Assembly: GCA_026713605.1 (NCBI GenBank)
Contig: JAPOOC010000007.1
Coordinates: forward strand, 59,418-123,417
DNA length: 64,000 bases
Direction: 5' to 3'
Source of the DNA: Candidatus Kaiserbacteria bacterium
Lineage (GTDB): Bacteria; Patescibacteriota; Minisyncoccia; Phycocordibacterales; JABAAK01
Positions 1 through 11,699 of the stretch are shown here, one piece after another. A model generated the notes under the pieces. That model made no database searches, had not been told where the DNA came from, and saw only the letters and a program-made list of their open reading frames with translations. The translations under genes and the position numbers were made by a program. Within the stretch, counting starts at the first letter, position 1, and every line of letters begins with the position of its first letter.

Positions 1-4
1 AGGG

Positions 5-802
5 GTGATCCGTTCGGCTTTTGTCCCTTTTTCTACAATCGGGACCGGCCCGAGCGTGCAGCGGTTTGAAGATAATATACGAGTTGCCACGAATAACAAA
101 AACCTCCTCTTCTTCATGCAGGTAATTGAAAATAAATCCGTCGGAGTGGTGGTAGATGTAGCAAACCCTTCAGAGACACGAGTGGTCTGGCGATCGGACT
201 TTACCTCGTGGATTCCGCGGTGGGGCAACAGTCCACGCATCACGCTACACACCCCGGTGACCAACCTTATGAAGGGGTTTGTATACCTCGTCGACCCAAA
301 AGGCATCCTGCCAAACGAGCAGTTTACCTCTTTGAACTCCGGCGGCTCTGCCTTTATGGACGCAACAACAGGATATTTTGCGGTTTTTGAGACAAAGGCG
401 GATAATTTTGCTGGAAAGACATACATTACTAATCGAGAACGGAGCACCATGGTTGACTTACCGATAACCCTGCCGGAAAAGTGTGACGCAGCGAATGGAA
501 TATTTATCTGCGCTGCACCGAGAGCCATTCCTGCTCGGACACTTTCCGGCTATGAAACAATGTTTCCTGATTCATGGTATCAGGGGGATATCACTTTCAG
601 TGATGTGATTGTTTCGGTAAATGCCGCAACCGGAGAGAAGCGATTACTGCTCTCGCCAGACCAAGAAGAAATCCAAATCCTTTCCGACAACGCCGTTTTT
701 GATATCATGCACCCACAACTAAGCCCAGACGGAGAGTTCCTATTCTTTGTGAACAAATATGATATGTCACTCTGGATGCTCCAAATAGAGGGCGGGGTGT
801 GA
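5..802 (+). CDS. Hypothetical protein, probably 5'-truncated by the window edge; C-terminal TolB/PD40-like beta-propeller repeat
   Basis: ORF open from the window edge; HPQLSPDGEFLFFVNK resembles a PD40 repeat. Confidence 0.6.
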   Translation: MIRSAFVPFSTIGTGPSVQRFEDNIRVATNNKNLLFFMQVIENKSVGVVVDVANPSETRVVWRSDFTSWIPRWGNSPRITLHTPVTNLMKGFVYLVDPKGILPNEQFTSLNSGGSAFMDATTGYFAVFETKADNFAGKTYITNRERSTMVDLPITLPEKCDAANGIFICAAPRAIPARTLSGYETMFPDSWYQGDITFSDVIVSVNAATGEKRLLLSPDQEEIQILSDNAVFDIMHPQLSPDGEFLFFVNKYDMSLWMLQIEGGV

Positions 803-815
803 TACAATAACAACA

Positions 816-2495
816 ATGACTGTTGTCAATACGCCAATACAAGAATTTCAAAAGGATTTAAAGGAACACAAAGAAGAAGAAGAAGAGCGGTTAATGGGGT
901 ACCTCTCTGATAAGTACCACTACCCAACAATCCGCATCACGGACATACAGGTAAATCCTGACGCATTACAACTGGTAAAAGAGGTTGATGCACGAGAAGC
1001 AAAAATGGCGGCATATAAGCGCCTAAAAGGGGTGCTGACAATAGCGATAAATGAGCCGAATAATGAAAAACTCAAAGAAATACTCCGTGGAATAGAAGAA
1101 AAAGGATACTCACACGAACTAATGCTTGCATCAAACAAAACGCTGGAGCAGATATGGATGTATTATAAGGACATCGTTACCACGAGCGCGACCGCACCAG
1201 GAACACTATCCATCACGAACGAAGAATTGGAAGAAAAAGTAAAAAATATCCGTTCAGTTGATGCGGTCCGTGAAATGCTACGCGACCTAAAGAAAATGAG
1301 TCGGGCACGACGAATATCAAAAAATGTGGAGTATATTATAGCGACAGCGGTGGCGGTGAATGCATCAGACATACACATCGAACCATCGCCAGACGGCGGT
1401 GCTGTGCGGTATCGTATAGACGGCGTACTGACTGATATTGCTGATCTTGACGAGTTGGAATACAAGCAGATGGTTACACGAATGAAGCTGGTCTCCGGCA
1501 TGAAAATAACGGCAAAAGGAGCGCAGGATGGGGGATTTGTGGTACATCTCGCAAGAAGAACACTCAGTGTTCGTTCATCGGTAATACCAGAAGATGAGGG
1601 AGGGTCATTCGTGGTGCGACTACTTGACCCTAAAAATGTAATGCACAGCATTGAGAAATTGGGCATTCACCCGGTTGTGCTTGAGGTATTTATGAAACAT
1701 ATCAAGCGACCGAATGGAATGATTCTGAACACCGGACCAACTGGATCGGGAAAGACAACAACATTATATTCGTTTTTAAACGAAGTCAAAGGCGAACACA
1801 TCAAGACCGTTACGCTGGAAGATCCGATTGAGTACCGTCTTGAGGGAATAGTACAGACAGAGATTGATAAAGATTACTCTTTTGCCTCAGGGTTGCGGGC
1901 TATTCTGCGACAGGATCCAGATGTCATTTTAGTCGGTGAGATTCGTGATGCTGAGGTGGCCCAAGTAGCGGTACAGGCAGCACTAACTGGACACCTGGTA
2001 TTCTCAACATTGCACACAAACGACGCACTCGGAGCACTGCCACGACTACTACAATTTGAGGTGGATCCACAAGCGTTTTCACGGGCAATCAATATCGTTA
2101 TTGCACAACGGCTGGTGCGGCAAGTGTGTCCGAAGTGCTCAGAGCAACACCCACTAACCGACAGTCAAAAAGAGGTGATACAGCAAATGATAGAAAAATT
2201 TCCAGAGCGATACAAGGAGGATTTTGACTTCAGCGCCATCAAAAGACCAAGTGAGATGTCACAAAACTGCCAGGAGTGTAACAACGGGTATAAAGCGCGG
2301 ATCGGTGTATTTGAGGTGTTTGAGGTAAATGATGCTATAGAGCAGACCATACGGGAAGAAAGCGGAGTTGCCACACTGCGCGAGGAAGTGCGGAAACAGG
2401 GGTTGCCATGTATGGAAGATGACGCACTCTGGAAAGCGCTGAAGGGCATCACTTCTTTAGAAGAAATTGAGAGAGTTATCGGGGTGGTAGTGTGA
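816..2495 (+). CDS. GspE/PilB family type II secretion / type IV pilus assembly ATPase
   Basis: ASDIHIEP, Walker A GPTGSGKTT, TLEDPIEY, LRQDPDVILVGEIRD, TGHLVFSTLHTN, CxxC...CxxC. Confidence 0.93.
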   Translation: MTVVNTPIQEFQKDLKEHKEEEEERLMGYLSDKYHYPTIRITDIQVNPDALQLVKEVDAREAKMAAYKRLKGVLTIAINEPNNEKLKEILRGIEEKGYSHELMLASNKTLEQIWMYYKDIVTTSATAPGTLSITNEELEEKVKNIRSVDAVREMLRDLKKMSRARRISKNVEYIIATAVAVNASDIHIEPSPDGGAVRYRIDGVLTDIADLDELEYKQMVTRMKLVSGMKITAKGAQDGGFVVHLARRTLSVRSSVIPEDEGGSFVVRLLDPKNVMHSIEKLGIHPVVLEVFMKHIKRPNGMILNTGPTGSGKTTTLYSFLNEVKGEHIKTVTLEDPIEYRLEGIVQTEIDKDYSFASGLRAILRQDPDVILVGEIRDAEVAQVAVQAALTGHLVFSTLHTNDALGALPRLLQFEVDPQAFSRAINIVIAQRLVRQVCPKCSEQHPLTDSQKEVIQQMIEKFPERYKEDFDFSAIKRPSEMSQNCQECNNGYKARIGVFEVFEVNDAIEQTIREESGVATLREEVRKQGLPCMEDDALWKALKGITSLEEIERVIGVVV

Positions 2496-2508
2496 GTAGT
2501 ATACGCGT

Positions 2509-3495
2509 ATGAACGACATTATTCCAGAAAACAAGCAGGCATTAAATCACTCACTAGACAGTTTGTTGCGTCCAAAAGTGTGGGATGAGTATATCGGGCA
2601 AGAGATGATAAAGAAGAACCTAAATATCCTCATAGCAGCAGCAAAAGAACGCGGACAAATGCCGGAACATATCCTGTTATACGGCCCAGCGGGACTCGGT
2701 AAGACAACATTGGCATATATCATCGGATCAGTATTAGAGGTGCCAGTACACACAACATCAGGACCAATGATAGAGCGAGCGGGAGATATTGTGTCACTTG
2801 CCTCAGCGATGGAAAATGGCGGAGTATTATTTATAGACGAGATACACCGTCTCAGTAAAAACATAGAAGAGGTACTATACCCCATTATGGAAAGTGGCAG
2901 TATTTCCATTATCGTCGGCAAGGGACCAACAGCTCGTTCAGTCGAGATCAACCTTCCACCAATTGTGATCATTGCAGCAACAACACAGGTGGGGAGGTTA
3001 TCAACGCCACTACGAACACGGTTTTCTGGAGGAGTAATGCGACTGATTCCATATACCGAGGATGAAATCGCACAAATTGCTATGCGGTCAGCGACAGTAT
3101 TAGATATTGACTTGCCGGAAGAGGCGGCAACCATCGTCGCGCAACGCGCTCGGAACACACCGCGGGTTGCCAATTACCTCCTCAAACGAGTGCGGGATTA
3201 CGCACAGATACACGGCACCGCTATTACCTCCGAACTTGTCCAAAAGGCCCTCTCTGAACGCGATATAGATGAACATGGACTCACCGCCGAAGATAGAGCG
3301 GTACTGAAAACCATCCGAGAAGCATTCAACGGAGGCCCTGTTGGCATCCAAGCCCTCGCTACCACACTCTCCGAAGACACTCGCACGGTAGAAGAGGTAT
3401 ACGAACCCTTTCTAGTACAAGCAGGATTCATAGAACGAACCCCTCGTGGCCGAAGCATTACCGAAAAAGGTATGCAGTATTTACAGTCACTGTAA
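2509..3495 (+). CDS. ruvB: Holliday junction branch migration helicase RuvB
   Basis: LRPKVWDEYIGQ, GPAGLGKTTLA, FIDEIHRL, GGPVG, EPFL..RTPRGR. Confidence 0.97.
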   Translation: MNDIIPENKQALNHSLDSLLRPKVWDEYIGQEMIKKNLNILIAAAKERGQMPEHILLYGPAGLGKTTLAYIIGSVLEVPVHTTSGPMIERAGDIVSLASAMENGGVLFIDEIHRLSKNIEEVLYPIMESGSISIIVGKGPTARSVEINLPPIVIIAATTQVGRLSTPLRTRFSGGVMRLIPYTEDEIAQIAMRSATVLDIDLPEEAATIVAQRARNTPRVANYLLKRVRDYAQIHGTAITSELVQKALSERDIDEHGLTAEDRAVLKTIREAFNGGPVGIQALATTLSEDTRTVEEVYEPFLVQAGFIERTPRGRSITEKGMQYLQSL

Positions 3496-3541
3496 CAAGG
3501 GATTTTCATCAGCACCAGGCAGGTGGTATACTTTATACACT

Positions 3542-4072
3542 ATGGCTGGGCATAATAAGTGGTCAAAAATTAAACATAAGAAAGCGGGGACTGATGCGCA
3601 AAAAAGTAAGGTATTTGGACGATTAGCAAAAGTGTTGACGGTGGAGTCAAAGAATTGTGGCGGGGATCGAGGCAGTCCAGCACTGAAATCGGCCATTGAA
3701 CAGGCAAAAGCGGCAAATATGCCAGCACAGAACATCAATCGAGCAATTGAACGGGGGGTGGGAGGTAACGCAGAATCGCTGGAAACAATTACCTATGAAA
3801 TGTATGGTCCGGGTGGCTGCGCCCTGCTTATCAACGCACTGACTGATAATAAAAATCGAACGGCAGCAGAAATTCGGCATATTATTACCAAAAACGGGTA
3901 CACAGTTGGAACGCCAGGGTCAGCGGCATGGATATTCACAAAGCAGGAGGGACGCATTGTGCCGAGTACAACGGTATCGCTGTCAGAAGCGGATGCAAAA
4001 AAACTGGATGCGCTTGTGGCTGAGCTTGATGAACAAGAAGATACGCAAGAAATACTAACGAATAAAGTATAG
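3542..4072 (+). CDS. yebC: YebC/PmpR family protein (short form)
   Basis: MAGHNKWSKIKHKK N-terminus, YEMYGPGG, TDNKNRT; start moved to the ATG at 3542. Confidence 0.93.
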   Translation: MAGHNKWSKIKHKKAGTDAQKSKVFGRLAKVLTVESKNCGGDRGSPALKSAIEQAKAANMPAQNINRAIERGVGGNAESLETITYEMYGPGGCALLINALTDNKNRTAAEIRHIITKNGYTVGTPGSAAWIFTKQEGRIVPSTTVSLSEADAKKLDALVAELDEQEDTQEILTNKV

Positions 4073-4073
4073 T

Positions 4074-4562
4074 ATGAAAGTGCTTGCCATAGACCCGGGA
4101 TACGGACGCATAGGATTCGCCGTATTACTAAAAGAAGGCGGAAAAACCAACTTACTGTTTTCAGAATGCTTTGAGACCGAGAAGGAGACGGTATTTGAAG
4201 AACGGCTGAAAAAAATCGGTGACCGAATTCGAGATATTGCACAGGCACACCAGCCGGACTGCGCGGCGATAGAACGGTTGTTTTTCTCAAAAAATAAAAA
4301 GACCGCTCTGCAGACAGCAGAAGTGCGCGGGGTGTGTATATACACCACGAAAGAGTACAACTTGACCATAGCCGAGTACACGCCAAATCAGGTAAAGAAC
4401 GCAATTACCGGAAATAGTAATGCCACTAAAAGCGATGTCATTCGCATGGTGCCACGACTCATAACGCTGGATAGCAGAAAGCGGCACGACGACGAGTACG
4501 ATGCCATTGCCATCGGCATTACCCACCTCGTATCCGTGCCATACCTCGCTCAGCAGCAATAA
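4074..4562 (+). CDS. ruvC: Crossover junction endodeoxyribonuclease RuvC
   Basis: LAIDPGYGRIG, IERLFF, YTPNQVK, DDEYDAIAIG. Confidence 0.95.
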   Translation: MKVLAIDPGYGRIGFAVLLKEGGKTNLLFSECFETEKETVFEERLKKIGDRIRDIAQAHQPDCAAIERLFFSKNKKTALQTAEVRGVCIYTTKEYNLTIAEYTPNQVKNAITGNSNATKSDVIRMVPRLITLDSRKRHDDEYDAIAIGITHLVSVPYLAQQQ

Positions 4563-4574
4563 ATAGAGTATCCT

Positions 4575-6914
4575 ATGAGTATCGTGAGAAAATTTCTTAC
4601 CGTGAAAAACAGCATACTTCTATCGCTTTCAGTCGCATTTTTTACCGCGGGATATGTAACCCTTTTCTACACTTTCACACCGCTCCCCGGCGTGGACATA
4701 CGCAATGTCGTGTCTAAGCAGTCCGTCATACTTACAGATCGCAATGATGAGTTTCTGTTTGATTTTTCCATAAACGAAAAAAGAACCTTTGTGCCGTACC
4801 AGGAAATATCAAAAAATATCATCAATGCGACCATCGCAATAGAAGACCATCTATTTTTTGAGCATAATGGTATTCGAGCTGACGCATTTTTACGCGCACT
4901 CATCAACAACATTCGCACCCTATCATTCAGTCAGGGTGGATCAACGATTACGCAGCAGGTCATTAAAAATGTGTTTCTCACGACAGAGAAAAAGATAGAA
5001 CGAAAAATGAAAGAGTTTCTCTTGGCAATTAAACTGGAGAAACAATTAGGTAAAGAGGAGATACTGGAAATGTACCTAAACACCATATCGTATGGTGGCG
5101 TGTCATACGGCGTGGCAGAAGCAAGCAAGTCGTTTTATGGAAAAGCACCGGATGAGCTGACAATCGCAGAGTCGGCATACCTCGCAGCAATCCCAAAGGC
5201 ACCGACATACTACTCACCGTACGGGAGGAATAGAAAAGCACTTGAAGCAAGAAAAAATCAGGTGCTACAACTAATGCTGGAACACAACCTCATAACAAGA
5301 GGCGAGTACCGTGAAGCGCGCGCAGAAGAGGTGTACTTTCAGAGCCAGAACGCATTCTCTATCCGAGCACCACACTTTGTCTTTTTCGTGAAAGAGCAGT
5401 TAGAAAAAGAACATGGGGCAGGACTGAAAAATCTTGAGGGGAAACAAGTTAAAACAACCATCGATATTGCTATGCAGGAGGAAATTGAGAAAATGATGCA
5501 GGAATTTGTAAAGACCGACCTAGAAAAGCAGTTTGCCGTCAGCAACATTGCATCTGTTGTGCTGTCGGCAAAAACAGGTGAGATTCTCTCGATGGTCGGA
5601 TCAAGGGATTTCTTTGATAATGCGGTGAATGGACGCGTAAACATCATCACCTCACTCCGGCAGCCGGGCTCAACCTTTAAACCAATAGCGTATGCAAAAG
5701 CAATTGAAAAAGGACTTACACCACAAACCATAGTGTACGATGTGCCGACGCAGTTTACCGCATTTTGTGACAAAGACCGATTTGAGAGTACGAAGAGTGG
5801 TTGCTACGCACCGGTCAACTACACAGGAAAGTTTGTGGGACCAGTATCACTGCGTGATGCACTCGCACAATCTATTAATGTGCCAGCGGTGAAGGTACTC
5901 TATATAGCAAATGTGGCAGAGGTCATTCAGCAGGCAAAAAAAATGGGCATCACCTCACTAACACAGGGGCAGAATCATTACGGACTAAGCTTAGTGCTCG
6001 GTGGTGCTGAAGTTACACCACTAGAGATAGCGCAAGCATACGGTGTATTTGCAAATGAGGGTATGCTTGCGCCATATGTGTGGCGATACGGAGAACAAAA
6101 GCAGGAAAAACGGGTGTTGGGGCGACAAACGGCACAAGACATCACTGACATGCTTTTTGATGACGATGCTCGAGCGCCAGTGTTCGGCAGAGGTTCGGCA
6201 CTACACATCACAAACCCGCCAGTTGCGGTGAAAACTGGCACCACAAATAACGCACGAGATATCTGGGTGATAGGGTATTCCCCAGACATAGTTGTATTGG
6301 TGTGGGCAGGGAACTCAGACAATACACCACTGGAAGATAACGCAGCTGGATTCTACCTTGCACCACTAATGAAAAACATCATCACGACAGTAGCAAAACA
6401 ATATGGCGAGCAGGGAACATACTTTACTCGGAACACGGTTCCCCCTAACCATGGTCCAGAAATATTATTCGGTGCGATAGACACTGACAACCCGCACACG
6501 ATACTCCACTATATCCAACGAAATAAACCAACGCGGCGTGCCGAAAATCCACTTGAAGAACCACAGTATGAACATTGGGAGTATGGCGTGCAGGACTGGC
6601 TTGAGCAGAACGATTTGCAAGAGGGTTATGATGGTCGCAGAAACAGCGCTGTAAAAAACTTTTCTGTCAAATCACCACGGTCAACGATATACCTAAACGA
6701 GATAACCACCATTGAGGTAACAAAAATACCGACACAAAATGTACAATACGAGTTCTATGTAAATGGCACGCTCATTGGGTCATCACGCTTGCCAATGTTA
6801 AGCTTTAATCCGGAAAAATTGCTAGACAAGAATGAGCGAGAAGCAGCTATTCGTGTTATTGCAAATACTGAAGAGGGGGTATATGTAGCCGAGGAGGTGT
6901 ATGAAATTGAGTAA
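4575..6914 (+). CDS. Class A penicillin-binding protein (transglycosylase + transpeptidase)
   Basis: EDHLFFEHNG, QGGSTITQQ, RKMKE, PGSTFKP (SxxK), SIN, KTGT; N-terminal TM helix. Confidence 0.93.
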   Translation: MSIVRKFLTVKNSILLSLSVAFFTAGYVTLFYTFTPLPGVDIRNVVSKQSVILTDRNDEFLFDFSINEKRTFVPYQEISKNIINATIAIEDHLFFEHNGIRADAFLRALINNIRTLSFSQGGSTITQQVIKNVFLTTEKKIERKMKEFLLAIKLEKQLGKEEILEMYLNTISYGGVSYGVAEASKSFYGKAPDELTIAESAYLAAIPKAPTYYSPYGRNRKALEARKNQVLQLMLEHNLITRGEYREARAEEVYFQSQNAFSIRAPHFVFFVKEQLEKEHGAGLKNLEGKQVKTTIDIAMQEEIEKMMQEFVKTDLEKQFAVSNIASVVLSAKTGEILSMVGSRDFFDNAVNGRVNIITSLRQPGSTFKPIAYAKAIEKGLTPQTIVYDVPTQFTAFCDKDRFESTKSGCYAPVNYTGKFVGPVSLRDALAQSINVPAVKVLYIANVAEVIQQAKKMGITSLTQGQNHYGLSLVLGGAEVTPLEIAQAYGVFANEGMLAPYVWRYGEQKQEKRVLGRQTAQDITDMLFDDDARAPVFGRGSALHITNPPVAVKTGTTNNARDIWVIGYSPDIVVLVWAGNSDNTPLEDNAAGFYLAPLMKNIITTVAKQYGEQGTYFTRNTVPPNHGPEILFGAIDTDNPHTILHYIQRNKPTRRAENPLEEPQYEHWEYGVQDWLEQNDLQEGYDGRRNSAVKNFSVKSPRSTIYLNEITTIEVTKIPTQNVQYEFYVNGTLIGSSRLPMLSFNPEKLLDKNEREAAIRVIANTEEGVYVAEEVYEIE

Positions 6915-7017
6915 CAGGAAAACCTACCAATCCGGTAATGAACACGGTAAAAAATGGACTTTTAAGCGGTGGGGATAATAAGACAGCACAAAGTTTTTTC
7001 GTGGTACAGTGCTACCA

Positions 7018-7614
7018 ATGAGGACAGTACGCAAAAACCTGCTCACCTGCCTGGGTGTCGGCATCATTGCTATTGCAATCAGCGGTAGCTTGCTAACAGG
7101 AAGGGCGCAAGGTCAGAGCGGTGTGCAATGTGAATCATGGTTACAATCGTTACTAACCAGTCAAAACGGCATTCAATATATTTTAAGTAAAATCAGCAGT
7201 GTTGTTGCCGGAAAGAGTTATACCCAAACGGCAACACCACCAGAACAACAGGCACAAACACCAATAGAACCCGGTTTACAGGCAGTAAGTATCGGCACCA
7301 AAGTAACAGAAAAAAACAATGCCTATCATAAATTCGCATGGGTGTTAAGGGTAAAGAGCAACGCAGACAGCGGAAGATCATTCACAGCAAAAATACGGTG
7401 GATAGACGCTGACGGCTTTGTCATAGACGATGACATCGCATACAATCTGGTCATTGACGCTGGTGAGGAGAAGCAATTTACTGGGTATGCATTAGTTGAT
7501 GTTGCGGGGGCAGAAACTATCACATCGGTAAGCGCAGAAATTCCAAGGCGGTATGTAACCGCCATTGAAACAGTGCAGACCATCCAACCCATTACGGCAC
7601 AAGTTTCAAAATAG
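7018..7614 (+). CDS. Hypothetical exported protein
   Basis: Signal-peptide-like N-terminus; ATG at 7018 lies 7 nt after TACAGT; beta-rich C-terminal domain. Confidence 0.6.
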   Translation: MRTVRKNLLTCLGVGIIAIAISGSLLTGRAQGQSGVQCESWLQSLLTSQNGIQYILSKISSVVAGKSYTQTATPPEQQAQTPIEPGLQAVSIGTKVTEKNNAYHKFAWVLRVKSNADSGRSFTAKIRWIDADGFVIDDDIAYNLVIDAGEEKQFTGYALVDVAGAETITSVSAEIPRRYVTAIETVQTIQPITAQVSK

Positions 7615-7768
7615 CATCCGCTATGCAAAAAATACAGCGTTACCGTACATAGGTGTAGAGATCGGTCATACAGAGGGTCGGAACACCACCGTACCGAAGC
7701 CGAGAATCTAATAGATACAATGTTACACGCTAAGTACTCATTTTCAAGCAGGAAAGGGTTGAAAAAAG

Positions 7769-7797
7769 GTCGCTTTGTTGTTATACTTAATCATATG
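7769..7797 (+). promoter_or_regulatory. Putative sigma70 promoter for dnaK
   Basis: TTGAAA-17 nt-TATACT roughly 110 nt upstream of the dnaK ATG; coordinates approximate. Confidence 0.45.
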
Positions 7798-7901
7798 CGG
7801 TTGTGCAGGAAAACTTGGGCAGAATGCAATAATAGTGGGGGCAGTAGATACGATTTTAATAAGAAAATATTAGCAATATAAAATATAAGAGTTTTTAATC
7901 T

Positions 7902-9821
7902 ATGAGTAAAATAATAGGGATTGACCTCGGGACGACTAACTCAGCAGTAGCGGTAATGGAGTCAGCGGGTCCTGAAATTTTAGAAAACGCCGAAGGAGCA
8001 AGAACGACTCCTTCTGTTGTGGCTATCGCAAAAACAAAAGAGCGACTGGTGGGTGTTGCGGCGCGACGGCAGGCGGTAACAAATCCGACAAACACGGTAT
8101 ACGGCATCAAACGATTTGTCGGGCACGCATGTAATGATGCGGCGGTACAGGAAGATGTGAAGAACGCACCGTTTTCTGTAAAACAGGCAGCCAATGGCGG
8201 CGTGGCGGTGGTATTAGATGACAAGGAATACAGCCCAGAAGAGGTATCAGCTATGGTGCTGCGAAAACTGAAAGAAGATGCTGAGGCACGACTTGGTGGA
8301 AGCGTGACAGAAGCGGTCATTACGGTGCCGGCGTACTTCAATGACGCACAACGAAAGGCAACAAAAGATGCAGGGAAAATTGCAGGTCTTGAGGTAAAAA
8401 GGATCATCAATGAGCCGACTGCCGCAGCGCTTGCGTATGGGTTTGATAAAAAGAAGAATGAAAAAATCGCCGTATTTGACTTCGGTGGCGGTACTTTTGA
8501 TGTATCCATCCTGCAAGTTGGAGATGATGTGGTTGAGGTAAAATCAACAGGTGGAGATTCGCACCTCGGCGGACGGGACATTGATCGTGAGGTATTGAAC
8601 TATGTAATTGCAGAGTATAAGAAAGAGAGCGGAGTTGATTTGTCAGGGGATTCATTGGCGGTACAGCGACTTGATGAAGAGGTTGAGCGGGCAAAAAAAG
8701 AGTTGTCGCAGTCACAGGAGACAGAAATCAATATACCATTCATTACCTCCACTTCAGCAGGACCACAACACCTACTAATTAAACTGACACGGGCAAAGTT
8801 GGAAGAGTTGGCAAAAAAGTATGTAGACAAAGCATTAGAAATCACACGAGGTGTATTGACTGACGCATCCGCCGCGGTGTCTGATATTAATGAAGTCATT
8901 TTGGTCGGCGGGCAAACAAGAATGCCGGCAGTGATCAAGGCCGTCGAGGACTTATTCGGAAAACAGCCAAACCGATCCATCAACCCAGACGAAGTGGTGG
9001 CGCTGGGGGCGGCTATTCAGGGGGGCATTCTGAGTGGTGATGTGCGGGATGTGTTACTGCTGGATGTAACACCGTTATCACTTGGTATTGAAACACTCGG
9101 CGGTGTTGCAACAAAGGTGATTGAGAAGAACACCACACTACCAACGAGTGCATCGCAGGTATTTTCAACAGCGGCTGACAATCAAACCTCAGTCGAGATA
9201 CACATTGTACAAGGAGAACGATCTATGGCAACAGATAATAAAAGTTTAGGAAGGTTTATTCTGGACGGGATTGATACTGCGCCACGCGGCATGCCACAAA
9301 TTGAAGTTGAATTTGACTTAGATACAGACGGTATTTTGAAGGTAACCGCAAAAGACAAAAAAACAAACAAGACACAGTCCATACGAATAGAAGCACAGTC
9401 AGGGTTGTCAGACGAAGATATAGAGCGAATGAAACAAGATGCCGAGGCACACGCCGATGAGGATGTAAAGAAAAAAGAGCTGATTGAAGTGCGGAACATT
9501 GCGGAACAGGCGGTGTATGAAGGGGAAAAAATCGCAAAACAGGACAATCTGTCCGCTGATGCAAAGAAAGAGGTTGAGGACGCGTTAACAAAACTACGCA
9601 CCGAAAAAGAGAAGGATGACAAAGAGGCAATACAGCAGGCGGTAACAGAAGCATCAGGCATATTTGCAAAACATCGACAGGAAGCCGGCGGAGAACAGGA
9701 AGACAGTACTCCCAGTACTACTGACTCAGATGCCCCGAGTGCCACCACATCTGATAATGGCGACAGCGCCAGCAATGATGAAAAACCCAACGACGAAGCA
9801 GAAGAGCAAAAAGAGGGATAG
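7902..9821 (+). CDS. dnaK: Chaperone DnaK (Hsp70)
   Basis: [36 protein letters not shown]. Confidence 0.99.
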   Translation: MSKIIGIDLGTTNSAVAVMESAGPEILENAEGARTTPSVVAIAKTKERLVGVAARRQAVTNPTNTVYGIKRFVGHACNDAAVQEDVKNAPFSVKQAANGGVAVVLDDKEYSPEEVSAMVLRKLKEDAEARLGGSVTEAVITVPAYFNDAQRKATKDAGKIAGLEVKRIINEPTAAALAYGFDKKKNEKIAVFDFGGGTFDVSILQVGDDVVEVKSTGGDSHLGGRDIDREVLNYVIAEYKKESGVDLSGDSLAVQRLDEEVERAKKELSQSQETEINIPFITSTSAGPQHLLIKLTRAKLEELAKKYVDKALEITRGVLTDASAAVSDINEVILVGGQTRMPAVIKAVEDLFGKQPNRSINPDEVVALGAAIQGGILSGDVRDVLLLDVTPLSLGIETLGGVATKVIEKNTTLPTSASQVFSTAADNQTSVEIHIVQGERSMATDNKSLGRFILDGIDTAPRGMPQIEVEFDLDTDGILKVTAKDKKTNKTQSIRIEAQSGLSDEDIERMKQDAEAHADEDVKKKELIEVRNIAEQAVYEGEKIAKQDNLSADAKKEVEDALTKLRTEKEKDDKEAIQQAVTEASGIFAKHRQEAGGEQEDSTPSTTDSDAPSATTSDNGDSASNDEKPNDEAEEQKEG

Positions 9822-9838
9822 TCCTCTATACTATATAT

Positions 9839-10705
9839 ATGAAAGATTACTACAAGATGCTCGGCGTTGAAAGAGGTGCATCCCAGGAAGATATTCAAAA
9901 GGCGTTCCGAAAACTGGCACACCAGTATCACCCTGACAAAAAAAGGGGAGACATAAACAAATTTAAAGAGGTGAATGAGGCGTATCAAGTATTGAGCAAT
10001 CAACAGAAGCGAGCGCAGTATGATGCAGGGGTTGACCCGCGAAGCGGGGGAACGGGCGGTTTTGACACCTCCGGTTTCCGTGGCTTTGAAGGATTTGATT
10101 TTGGAAATATGGAGTTTAATTTTGGCGGTGCTTCCGGTGGCTTTGCAGACGCTATTAATCAAATGTTCCGCGGTGCCATGAATCGAGGGGCGGATGTACA
10201 AATTGATATAACTATTTCATTTGAGGAGTCCGTATTCGGAACGGCAAAGAACATCACCATACCATACCGAAGAAAAGCGTCGGAGACGGTTGAGATACAG
10301 GTGCCGGCAGGGATAGAGCCAGGGTCACGGCTACAATATCCAGGGCGGGGAGAGCCATCAAAAGATGGACAGTCATCCCCGGGTGATTTATTCATACAGA
10401 TACGAGTGCAAAAGCATCCAACTTTCGAGCGTCGTGGTGGCGATATCGTCTGCCCACTTTCACTCACTCCGAGCGAAGCATTGCTCGGGGCAACCAAAGA
10501 AATACAGGACATCCGCGGCAACACCCTCGCGGTGACTGTTCCTGAAATGAGTAAAGAGGGTACCCATATTATTTTCCAAGGCCGAGGTATCCCTCGCCCT
10601 GCTGGCAATGACCGCCTCATAATATTCTGCCACATTGTCTACCCAAAAAAATTGAGTAAAAAGGCAAAAGAGATGCTCAAGGAGCTACAAAAAGAGGGAT
10701 TTTAG
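9839..10705 (+). CDS. dnaJ: DnaJ-class co-chaperone without zinc finger (class B)
   Basis: J-domain KDYY..HPD, G/F-rich region, C-terminal domain; no CxxCxGxG repeats. Confidence 0.9.
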   Translation: MKDYYKMLGVERGASQEDIQKAFRKLAHQYHPDKKRGDINKFKEVNEAYQVLSNQQKRAQYDAGVDPRSGGTGGFDTSGFRGFEGFDFGNMEFNFGGASGGFADAINQMFRGAMNRGADVQIDITISFEESVFGTAKNITIPYRRKASETVEIQVPAGIEPGSRLQYPGRGEPSKDGQSSPGDLFIQIRVQKHPTFERRGGDIVCPLSLTPSEALLGATKEIQDIRGNTLAVTVPEMSKEGTHIIFQGRGIPRPAGNDRLIIFCHIVYPKKLSKKAKEMLKELQKEGF

Positions 10706-10815
10706 CATAAAGTGCCATGCACAAACAAAGTAAAGCGCTACAAAATTTTTTCCTCCGCAACACGCCAGTATTGCGGCTGTGTCAGAGAGTTGAGAGTGGC
10801 GTATAATGAGGGTGT

Positions 10816-11637
10816 ATGACAAGTGCGCGCTTTCATGTTGCTGGGGGATTTACCTTGATTGAAGTATTGATTTCTGTTGCTATTATGGGGATTATTATAG
10901 GAATAGTATTTTTTAATTACGGAACTTTTACGAGTCGTTCACTGGTGCGAGTGCGGGCAACAGATTTGGGAGAATACATTCGATTCGCACAAGAGCAGGC
11001 GGGCGCAGCAGAGAGTTTTTCAACAAATACGGCACTGCCAACGGAAGGGTTTCAAGTGGTGCGATTGAAAGTGCGCGAAGGAGTACTGAAAAGCGTTCGG
11101 CTTGAAAAAGCACCAGGAGCATTCACAAGTTTTACAGAAGGGTCTAACTTCGCCTTAGGTCGGGACTCTATCGTGCCAGGATCAAGGCAGGTCGCACTAG
11201 AAACATCCGAACGGTACTTCATTGATGTGTGCTTTATTGATGAGGGGAACTCCCCGCAGTACACGCGAGAGCAAGTAACTTTGCAGGGCGATACAGGATG
11301 TGCAACCAATTCTATGTTGTGCAATGAGCCAAACCCGGTGGTAATAGGGTACAGTGCAGCACAGATAAAACGAAACAATTTTGATGCCCATTTTTCCGTT
11401 GAACAGCCAAGTCGAGAAGTACACACAAACATCATACCGGTAACGGTTTCCGGTGACAAAGAAACATACCAATATGCAGATACAAAACCGAACGGAGCAA
11501 CATCTCGGATGTCAGAAAAATATGAGGGAGTGCGTATTGTATTCATTACCGAAGAAGGGTACCGGCAAAGCATTGATGTGTTTCAAACAGGGCTGGTAGG
11601 ATTTCGGGCAACGGATTCAAGAGATGGATGTCAGTAG
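10816..11637 (+). CDS. Prepilin-type N-terminal cleavage/methylation protein (type IV pilin-like)
   Basis: GFTLIEVLISVAIMGII class III signal peptide. Confidence 0.85.
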   Translation: MTSARFHVAGGFTLIEVLISVAIMGIIIGIVFFNYGTFTSRSLVRVRATDLGEYIRFAQEQAGAAESFSTNTALPTEGFQVVRLKVREGVLKSVRLEKAPGAFTSFTEGSNFALGRDSIVPGSRQVALETSERYFIDVCFIDEGNSPQYTREQVTLQGDTGCATNSMLCNEPNPVVIGYSAAQIKRNNFDAHFSVEQPSREVHTNIIPVTVSGDKETYQYADTKPNGATSRMSEKYEGVRIVFITEEGYRQSIDVFQTGLVGFRATDSRDGCQ

Positions 11638-11699
11638 CAGGTGCCATCAACAAGTAAAAATAACCACTGGATGCCTTGCAAGGTTCTTACCTGAGTATA

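Noticed and set aside
2509-4562. Missing ruvA in the ruvB-yebC-ruvC cluster, and missing grpE next to dnaK
   Set aside because: These genes may lie elsewhere in the genome; absence from a 64-kb window is uninformative.
7870-7898. CIRCE element upstream of dnaK
   Set aside because: Only TTAGCA and GAGT match TTAGCACTC-N9-GAGTGCTAA and the spacing is off.
7895-10201. Long antisense ORFs opposite dnaK, and similar ones opposite rpoD, gyrA and clpB
   Set aside because: Shadow ORFs produced by codon bias on the opposite strand of well-conserved genes.
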